64,000 nucleotides of DNA from a virus. A program made the translations under genes and the position numbers. The stretch is from positions 32,001-96,000 of IMG/VR virus record IMGVR_UViG_3300035676_000002, one strand, 5' to 3'. How positions within the stretch are numbered: the first letter of the stretch is position 1; every line of letters begins with the position of its first letter. The notes under the pieces were generated by a model. The model was not told where the DNA came from. It saw only the letters and a program-made list of their open reading frames with translations, and ran no database searches. This document shows, one piece after another, positions 26,068-33,461 of this stretch.

Positions 26068-27528
26068 TTATTCATGTAATATACGCATCTTCATTGAACT
26101 CTGCCGAATATCAGTAATAATAAGCCTTCCGCGCTTTATCTTATCAAACTCAACTGAGGCAGTTTTCCCATCAAGATAAATTACAAAACTGCTTATAGAT
26201 TGCACTATATCTGGACCTTTAACTTGGTATGATCCGATAAGCGGGATAGCAATAGTTGGAGTAATGGTTGGCGTAGCAGTGATTATAGGCGTTACCGTAG
26301 GAGTAGGGGTTTCCGTAAAAGTAGGCGTAATGGTCGGGGTATACGATGGGGTAAAGGTTGGCGTAATTGTAGGCGTATACGTTAAGGTACTTGTCGGGGT
26401 AATAGTTGGTGTATTTGTTTCTGTCGGTGTACTGGTCGGGGTATCGGTTGCGGTACTTGTCGGCGTATTTGTCGGAGTGCTTGTTTCTGTTGGAGTATTA
26501 GTTGGCGTATAGGTCGGGGGTAAAGGTGTCTCTGTCGGTGTAAGGGTTGGCGTAAACGTATGTGTGAAAGTGGGGGTTTCGGTCGGAGTCTCCGTAGGGG
26601 TTTCTGTTGCTGTAAACGTCAGGGTTGGCGTTGGGGTATTAGTCGGCGTAGCAGTAGGCGTAAAAGTTAAGCAAGTACCGGGAGCCTGACAAATGGCATT
26701 ATGGATAATATTCTCTGGTAAATCGCAAGTAAAAGCATTACATGAACCAATTTGTTGACAACAATCTCCAGCAGTTAATGGTATTCTTGTTGGTGTATGG
26801 GTAGCCGTGGGAGTCTCGGTCGGCGTATCCGTAGGAGTCTCCGTAGGGGTATCTGTGGGAGTCTCGGTCGGCGTATCCGTAGGGGTTTCAGTCGGGGTAT
26901 CCGTGGGAGTCTCAGTCGGCGTATCCGTAGGAGTCTCCGTAGGGGTTTCGGTGGGGGTTTCGGTCGGAGTCTCGGTAACTGTTGGAGTCTCAGTAAAGGT
27001 AGGCGTCATGGTTGGGAAAACCCCTCCGCACCCTTCTTCGCACGTTCCTCCCGGTAGCCAATTACGAATCGTGCAAGGTAGTCCCTGTGCATTGCAATAA
27101 TCAAGACATGATGCCGTATTATATGTATCGTCAGAGCACACTGGATTTGCCGTACATCCCTGACCCGAGCATACACAACATCCGAGTGCCGATGTAGCCG
27201 TAGGCGTTGCTGTAGGTGTGGAGGTATATGTATTAGTCGGTGGAGGAGTTGGAGTTTCAGTTGGCGTATCCGTAGCTGTATGAGTTGCAGTCGGCGTATC
27301 CGTCGCCGTAGGAGTATGCGTTTCCGTTGGGGTATGAGTAGCGGTTGGGGTTGGTGTAACCGTTAAGGTTCCAATGAACAAGCATACTCCATTCATAGTT
27401 GGCGGGGGAACAAGAGATTGATATGTCGTGCATCCATTGCAGGTAACACCATTCCACTGCGTAGCCATTGTCCGCACTCCAATGAGGAGTATTATTGCTA
27501 TACAGAAGGCTACGAGGAAACGCTTCAC
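26068..27528 (-). CDS. Signal-peptide Pro/Thr-rich protein with two Cys-rich modules
   Basis: MKRFLVAFCIAIILLIGVRTMA; (TETP/TDTP)n arrays; GCCVC... and GDCCQQIGSC modules. Confidence 0.7.
   Translation of the reverse strand: MKRFLVAFCIAIILLIGVRTMATQWNGVTCNGCTTYQSLVPPPTMNGVCLFIGTLTVTPTPTATHTPTETHTPTATDTPTATHTATDTPTETPTPPPTNTYTSTPTATPTATSALGCCVCSGQGCTANPVCSDDTYNTASCLDYCNAQGLPCTIRNWLPGGTCEEGCGGVFPTMTPTFTETPTVTETPTETPTETPTETPTDTPTETPTDTPTETPTDTPTETPTDTPTETPTDTPTETPTATHTPTRIPLTAGDCCQQIGSCNAFTCDLPENIIHNAICQAPGTCLTFTPTATPTNTPTPTLTFTATETPTETPTETPTFTHTFTPTLTPTETPLPPTYTPTNTPTETSTPTNTPTSTATDTPTSTPTETNTPTITPTSTLTYTPTITPTFTPSYTPTITPTFTETPTPTVTPIITATPTITPTIAIPLIGSYQVKGPDIVQSISSFVIYLDGKTASVEFDKIKRGRLIITDIRQSSMKMRILHE
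26806..26992 (-). repeat. Degenerate 12/24-bp coding tandem repeat (TETP-TDTP)
   Basis: About 15 consecutive 4-aa units; synonymous positions vary between units. Confidence 0.85.
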
Positions 27529-27540
27529 CTACAGCCCCTA

Positions 27541-28764
27541 TTATCGAATCTCTGCCCAATTTAACGTAGTTCTACAATTCCCATTAGGACCACTTGCTGT
27601 TGCTAGTACGCTTAGAGTCCCTAACGGTCGTACTGCACCAGCAGCATCGAGCGTGATTGGATAACGAGCGACCAAGTGACGAGTATCCGATCCAGAACCG
27701 CTCGATTGTCCAATATAACCAGAAGCAAGAACAATTGCCGGTGAACCAGAAATTGCACCAGCAGAATTATATTCAAATGCGCTATATGTGGGGTTACAAT
27801 CGCTAAAGGTAGTTGTTCCTGTGATTGCTTGACCCAGAACTAATTCCCACAGAATAAGCGCACTGCTTGTATTTCCAATCTGTAAACTTTGCAACTCAAA
27901 TTTTACACGATTCGTAATACCATTGAAGGTTGTTTTAGGGCGAATAGAAAGGAGATGGACCCGTGTTTGATTTCCTGCTTGTCCAATAGACTCCACGCCA
28001 AAAGTTCTTCCATTTGTATTTTCCATTCCACCTTCTGAAATAACAGAAGAACAGATAAACTTCATAGTTGTAGAAACAGTTCCGGTACACGTCATGCCGC
28101 ATCGAACGGGAAGATTTGCGGTTTGTATGTATGGTGAGTCATCCAAATTAGCATGATTGAATTCATGGACATAATGAACATTTCCACCAATATCAAATCC
28201 GACTCGCACCCGTCCAACATAGAGCGCTTGTAGATCAATAACAAGAATTTGCATTTTTGTTAAATTTAGGGTTAGTCCACTCGGACCTAACCCATTCATT
28301 TTATCTATATTCCAATCCGCCTGTGCGACTGTTTCATTTCCTTTGCTAGTGGCAGATAGAATCTTCATCTGCACCGTAGATCCATCTTGTTGAAATTCTA
28401 TGCCATTAACTCCATCGCTATATCCAGCAAACTTTAATACATTAGCTTGCGCTTCGATGAAATTGAATGTAACGAAAATCAATTGACTTTTCCCCGGTTG
28501 ATATCGAAAATATTCATAACTCTGCATATAGGCTTTTCCGCCCGTAGGGGTACTGGAGAACTCCATTGCGGCTTGTCTGTTTGTTGAGTCATGCGTAATC
28601 GTCGCCCCCGACCCATTAGTGATTTGCTCAAACAGGAGATTATTCAAATTGTATGTAAATTGAGCATCAAATATCCCCACGGGACTTGATACGCGCAAGC
28701 GAGAGAACGCATCAATTGATGGTGAATCTGCTGCCTTAATTGCGACTTCTGGAAAGTATGACAT
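27541..28764 (-). CDS. Beta-rich phage structural-type protein (no signal peptide)
   Basis: DAFSRLRVS and YFRYQPGKSQ...GRVRVGF motifs, which I recall from uncharacterised phage virion-region proteins. GGAGG RBS. Confidence 0.6.
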   Translation of the reverse strand: MSYFPEVAIKAADSPSIDAFSRLRVSSPVGIFDAQFTYNLNNLLFEQITNGSGATITHDSTNRQAAMEFSSTPTGGKAYMQSYEYFRYQPGKSQLIFVTFNFIEAQANVLKFAGYSDGVNGIEFQQDGSTVQMKILSATSKGNETVAQADWNIDKMNGLGPSGLTLNLTKMQILVIDLQALYVGRVRVGFDIGGNVHYVHEFNHANLDDSPYIQTANLPVRCGMTCTGTVSTTMKFICSSVISEGGMENTNGRTFGVESIGQAGNQTRVHLLSIRPKTTFNGITNRVKFELQSLQIGNTSSALILWELVLGQAITGTTTFSDCNPTYSAFEYNSAGAISGSPAIVLASGYIGQSSGSGSDTRHLVARYPITLDAAGAVRPLGTLSVLATASGPNGNCRTTLNWAEIR

Positions 28765-28773
28765 AGTAGCCTC

Positions 28774-29376
28774 CTAGTAGATAAACCAATTACTGCCGTC
28801 AGTAAAAAGCGAAATGCTGGTATATTGAACGTCGATTACTTGCGTTGCCTTACCATCAATTTTTTCTGTTCCATTTGGGGTAACAGTACACGTATGAGCC
28901 GTCGAGTCCTTTTTCTTAATAACGTATCGTCGGCCCGATCCTGCGGTTCCTGCGGCGGGAAGATTTAAAATATTGTTTTGGCTCGTTGCATCGCAGAGTA
29001 CAAATTCATCGGCAGTCGCCCCCAGCGTATATGGAGTTGTTGTCTTGGTTGTTATTGTCACCCGTGGAAGTTCTGACGCTTGCGGGGGGATATGCATGAT
29101 GGTTGTTCCATTTGTTATAACACAGTCATCAGTTGCCCCTGCGTTCATATCGAACATTTTGCATGAATTCGCTTGTGGGGTTGGCATAACATCAATAGTT
29201 GCATTATTCCCCGTTACCGCCTGTACGTTAGGCTGTGGAGTTGGCAATGCATTATTGTCTGTAACAATAATTGCTCCTCCGCACGTCCAGTATCCGGTAG
29301 GCGACTGTATGCACGCTGATTGTGCGTAAGTAACAGACGCAAACAATAATAAAATGGGGATTAATTTCTTGTTCAT
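28774..29376 (-). CDS. Signal-peptide protein with a tail-fibre-type repeat domain
   Basis: MNKKLIPILLLFASVTYA; C-terminal VLCDAT...LNLPAA...YVIKKKD...TVTPNGTEKIDG...SLFTDGSNWFI. Confidence 0.65.
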   Translation of the reverse strand: MNKKLIPILLLFASVTYAQSACIQSPTGYWTCGGAIIVTDNNALPTPQPNVQAVTGNNATIDVMPTPQANSCKMFDMNAGATDDCVITNGTTIMHIPPQASELPRVTITTKTTTPYTLGATADEFVLCDATSQNNILNLPAAGTAGSGRRYVIKKKDSTAHTCTVTPNGTEKIDGKATQVIDVQYTSISLFTDGSNWFIY

Positions 29377-29390
29377 ATTTCACCTTCCTG

Positions 29391-32300
29391 CTATGGCGTC
29401 GGAGTTACGCAAATATAATCTGATGGGCAATCTGAATCTGAATGACACGTCGGCAATGGTGTTAGTGTCGGCGTTGGCGTTGGCGTTGGCGTTGGTGTAT
29501 CCGTAGGAGTATTCGTAGGAGTATTCGTAGGCGTATCTGTGGGCGTATGCGTAGAGGTTGCCGTTGGGGTTGGCGTTGCGGTTGGGGCTTCTGAGCCGCA
29601 GAGGTAAAGCTCGGCAACGGAGAGATAGCCGTTGCCGTTGTCTGCCGTCACGTACAACCGATAGTATCGGTAGGCAACATCTCCAGTGATTGTGTAGTTG
29701 CGCCGCTCGTATTCCGCCCATCCGGTTTGGTTGGTCTGCGTATCAAGAGTCGTCCAATCCGTCCCGTTTCCGCTGCCACGGAATGTCCAGTTTTTCGGAG
29801 AGGCATCCGTGCTAACCGAACCGACGACCCCATACTCAGTGATGAACCTGTCCGTGCCGAGGTCAATACTGAGATAATTCGCCCCGTTCGTCGCAACCAT
29901 CCACCGCGCAAAAGCCCCGGATTCGTCACCGTCGAATGCCTTCCATTTTGCGTAACCAGAACTGTACTGCCCATCTGCTGTCACGACGTATGGGGCAGGG
30001 GAATCGTCAGCCGACATATTGTGCGGCGCTTGCTCTGCACAGGCGGGCGTTGGCGTTGGGGTGAATGTGCTGGTTACTGTCGGTGTAGGCGTTGGAGTTT
30101 CAGTCGGAGTGGCGGTAAAGGTAGGCGTTGGCGTAGCCGGTGGTTCGCACCATGTTAACGTAGATGACATTGAATCAATATACACATAACTTCCATTTCC
30201 AAACCCATTTTTTGTTTCAATGCCGGGACCGAATTCGGCATCATTTTTTACTCGACTTGGCGTTAATTCCCCAGCCACGCATCCCCAATTATCATATCCA
30301 GCACCAAAGACACGTTCTGTTTCTGTATCAGGAATATTCTCGTAATTGAGATTAAAGTCAGTGCAATTTAAATATGCCCAATTTCCATCATTCTTCACAA
30401 GAACTGCCCACATATATACGCCCGTAAGATACTTGTAGGCGCGGACCTTCATAGTCAAACCAGTAATTATAGCATCGTCTGGAGGGGTAAACGGGAAGTG
30501 ACAAACAAGTGCGTAGGATGGATCACCTAATCCGCCACCGGCAGAAGCATATGAATTATCATCCGAAACTGCGTTACTCGCATTTGACCAAGAGGTGCTA
30601 TAGTCACCAGCAGTTTTCTTAATATTTGTACTCCAACAATTGTCCGCAACGGTCTTTTCTTGATCTACCCGAATCCAATCAGCGTGACCCGCAACGGCAC
30701 AAACATCGGTCGTTGGAGTTGCGGTTGGCGTATGCGTATTTGTTGGGGTCGGCGTAAAAGTAGCCGTGTTTGTTGCAGTAGCCGTGAACGTAGACGTTGG
30801 AGCAGTCGTTGGTGTAGCTGGCGGTGTAGCTTGAACATAGTATGGATTGACCGTAGCATTAAACCAATAAAACATATCCCCAACATACCCAAGCCCATCC
30901 CCCGCCCATGCAAGCGCACGATGCCATATGCCCTGATCGCTATTCGGCGCTCCCAAGCGTGACAATGGCGGCGGCGTTAGGGTCGGCGTGAGCGTAGGAC
31001 CAACAGCACCGCATATTTCCATTTCTATTACTTTGACATAAACTACAGATCCCTCGTCGGCTGTTACATCAAGACGATAGTATCTATATGCCCCCGCGCC
31101 ATTTACAGTATAGGTTCTCCATTCTGGAACAGTCGCCCATCCTGTTTGATTCGTTTGGGTATCAAGTGTTGTCCAGTTTGTATTGTCATTACTTCCCTTG
31201 AATGTCCAATTTTTAGGAGCATGACCACCAGCATTACTGAGAATTTTATAATTCTCCACAACATAACCCCTTGGTGTATCTCCTAGATCAATCTGCATCC
31301 AATCTGCTGAATTTAAAGAATACCAGTAAGTAACCCCGGTTTGTAAACCATCAAAAGCTTTATATGGATAATATGAACTATTATAATCACCTGACGAAGA
31401 AGCGACATACGGGATTGGTGCGGTATTGCTAGACATATTGTGCGGAACAAGACTATTAGAGCAATACGTCGGAGTAATAGTAGGTGTCCTTGTTGGGGTT
31501 TTTGTTGCGGTCCCAGCAGGGGTATTTGTTGGAGTATTAGGGGTGGTTGTCGCAGTCGGCGTATTTTCCGTAGCTGGCTCATAAACAGCTTGCATAGTAA
31601 CGTTCCCAGAACCAAAATCTTCAACCATTTCCCTACTTATCGTCAATGTCTGTCCTGCGCTTGCAGCTTGAAACCAAAAATTAAAATCATTATAAACGCT
31701 CTGGCTATTCCCTGCGACAACATCAAAGGTAATAGGAGGGGCTGACGCATCACTCAATGTTGCAGTAATTCTCATCAAACAATTATATGCTCCACCTATG
31801 ATATGAACATTCCGCAATGTCGTATCTGCCGCTACGGTTATTTTTATACTGTTCGATGTATCAGATAAGATGCATCCTGTTCCAGAATTAGAAACAGAAC
31901 CATTCGGAGTTCCATCTGTCCATGTATATTGTTCCCAAAAACTTGCATATCTTGTTAGGGTTATTGCAGCACCAGTATTAGTAAATTTGTCAGAAATAGC
32001 TCCTACGACTGGAGATTTATGATTAAAAGTTCCTCCGTTTGTATAGCAGTAATGTGCCCAATCCACTGCGCCAAGTGTTGTAAGATTATAACTTGATGTT
32101 GTTGGACCTGATGCATAAAATAATTGACCAATTGCGGTCGGGGCTTTTGTTGGATATGGCGTTGGGGTTGCTTGGCCGGTGAAAGTAGCCGTTGGCGTTG
32201 GAGTTGCAGTTTTAGTTGGCGTTTCAGTTACGGTTGATGTTGGCGTAGGCGTATTTGATGCCGTTGGGGTTGGAGTCATTGTTACATATCCAACAGCAAT

Positions 32301-33461
32301 AGGATACGCAACTGGAGTTACGTTAGTAGAGGCTCTACTAATTCGGATGAAATAATTAATATCAGGCGTTGGGACAAATCGCAGTCTATCTGGTCCAGTA
32401 CCACTGCACGCCGCTCCAGTATATCCATCTGCACAATACATGGAAGTCAATGTTCCAGAGCACGTACCATCACTTGATTCAAGAACATCTATAATGGTAT
32501 CTCCACCGGAACCACAATCCTCTATCTGAAGCGCGCTATTCGCTACGGGAGTAGACGGGGCAAGCCAAGACCACCATAAGCTTTGCGGAGCGGGATAAAT
32601 AGTGCTACCGCATAAACGTACCGGTGGTTCACCGCTATAAATATCTGGTCCGGTCGATGCCGCATTATTTGTCGAAAGGCTATATGGTAAGGATGAAATA
32701 GTAATAGCCGATGAGCAAAAATCATTCACTGGCGTTGGCGTGCGTGTGCCAGTTGGCGTTGCCGTTGGGGTCATTGTCAAAGTTGGCGTAGGCGTATTTT
32801 CTTCCGAAGAAACAATATATGCTCCACCAAACGAAACCTGCCCACTACCATAATCTGCATAAAGCTCTGCCGTTACGGTCAAAACTTGACTTGCTGATCC
32901 AGCTTGATATATGATTGTCCATTCCTTTATTCCACTTGATGAACTAGGATAATCAACAACCCAATTCCACACAGCGGGTGCTGACCCATCGCTTAACTGA
33001 AACGTATACCGTATACGTGCATTATATCCACCCATAAATAAATGCAATGTTCTAACTGTAGTATCTGCATTAATATTTAATGCTACAGGAAGAGAATAGC
33101 CAACATTCCAATAGTTTCCGGTTGCGGTTGTTGTTGCTGAAGCGTTAGGAGTACCATCTGTCCATGTATAGTTATTAGCGGAAGTAGCAAATCGAACTCC
33201 CAAAGAGCCGCTTGTGGAAGCTGGCGATCCTATGCTATTAGGTCCACCGGATTTATAATCCCTTGCAGTGCTGGTATGACCCCAATGTGCCCAATCGTAT
33301 GTGCCAAGCGTTGTTAAGTTAACTGTTCCCGTAGAAGAAACCGGCGCGAAAACCTTTAGCGTTCCAACCGCATGGCTTTCCTTTACGGATAAAAAACTAA
33401 TTCCTAATATAAATATTACTATTAAGAAAAGTCTATTCAGAGAATAGCCAATCGTCAACAT
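29391..33461 (-). CDS. Modular exported protein (1356 aa) with two F5/8 type C (discoidin/CBM32-like) domains, two DW.H beta-sandwich domains and PT linkers
   Basis: Signal peptide ends VKESHA. KAFDG...IDLG...PKNWTF.GS.....WTTLDTQTNQ...YRYYRL occurs twice. Confidence 0.75.
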   Translation of the reverse strand: MLTIGYSLNRLFLIVIFILGISFLSVKESHAVGTLKVFAPVSSTGTVNLTTLGTYDWAHWGHTSTARDYKSGGPNSIGSPASTSGSLGVRFATSANNYTWTDGTPNASATTTATGNYWNVGYSLPVALNINADTTVRTLHLFMGGYNARIRYTFQLSDGSAPAVWNWVVDYPSSSSGIKEWTIIYQAGSASQVLTVTAELYADYGSGQVSFGGAYIVSSEENTPTPTLTMTPTATPTGTRTPTPVNDFCSSAITISSLPYSLSTNNAASTGPDIYSGEPPVRLCGSTIYPAPQSLWWSWLAPSTPVANSALQIEDCGSGGDTIIDVLESSDGTCSGTLTSMYCADGYTGAACSGTGPDRLRFVPTPDINYFIRISRASTNVTPVAYPIAVGYVTMTPTPTASNTPTPTSTVTETPTKTATPTPTATFTGQATPTPYPTKAPTAIGQLFYASGPTTSSYNLTTLGAVDWAHYCYTNGGTFNHKSPVVGAISDKFTNTGAAITLTRYASFWEQYTWTDGTPNGSVSNSGTGCILSDTSNSIKITVAADTTLRNVHIIGGAYNCLMRITATLSDASAPPITFDVVAGNSQSVYNDFNFWFQAASAGQTLTISREMVEDFGSGNVTMQAVYEPATENTPTATTTPNTPTNTPAGTATKTPTRTPTITPTYCSNSLVPHNMSSNTAPIPYVASSSGDYNSSYYPYKAFDGLQTGVTYWYSLNSADWMQIDLGDTPRGYVVENYKILSNAGGHAPKNWTFKGSNDNTNWTTLDTQTNQTGWATVPEWRTYTVNGAGAYRYYRLDVTADEGSVVYVKVIEMEICGAVGPTLTPTLTPPPLSRLGAPNSDQGIWHRALAWAGDGLGYVGDMFYWFNATVNPYYVQATPPATPTTAPTSTFTATATNTATFTPTPTNTHTPTATPTTDVCAVAGHADWIRVDQEKTVADNCWSTNIKKTAGDYSTSWSNASNAVSDDNSYASAGGGLGDPSYALVCHFPFTPPDDAIITGLTMKVRAYKYLTGVYMWAVLVKNDGNWAYLNCTDFNLNYENIPDTETERVFGAGYDNWGCVAGELTPSRVKNDAEFGPGIETKNGFGNGSYVYIDSMSSTLTWCEPPATPTPTFTATPTETPTPTPTVTSTFTPTPTPACAEQAPHNMSADDSPAPYVVTADGQYSSGYAKWKAFDGDESGAFARWMVATNGANYLSIDLGTDRFITEYGVVGSVSTDASPKNWTFRGSGNGTDWTTLDTQTNQTGWAEYERRNYTITGDVAYRYYRLYVTADNGNGYLSVAELYLCGSEAPTATPTPTATSTHTPTDTPTNTPTNTPTDTPTPTPTPTPTLTPLPTCHSDSDCPSDYICVTPTP

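Noticed and set aside
26806-26992. Regular repeats resembling a CRISPR array
   Set aside because: There are no unique spacers, units are multiples of 3 with synonymous variation inside a CDS, and no cas genes are present.
26264-27100. Plus-strand ORFs of Val-Gly-Val-Ser repeats (also 6744, 15308, 36218, 58910)
   Set aside because: They are antisense shadows of Thr/Pro codon repeats, which lack stops on the opposite strand.
29585-31465. Duplicated discoidin region as a DGR template/variable repeat pair
   Set aside because: No reverse transcriptase is in the window, both copies are coding, and the differences are not adenine-specific.
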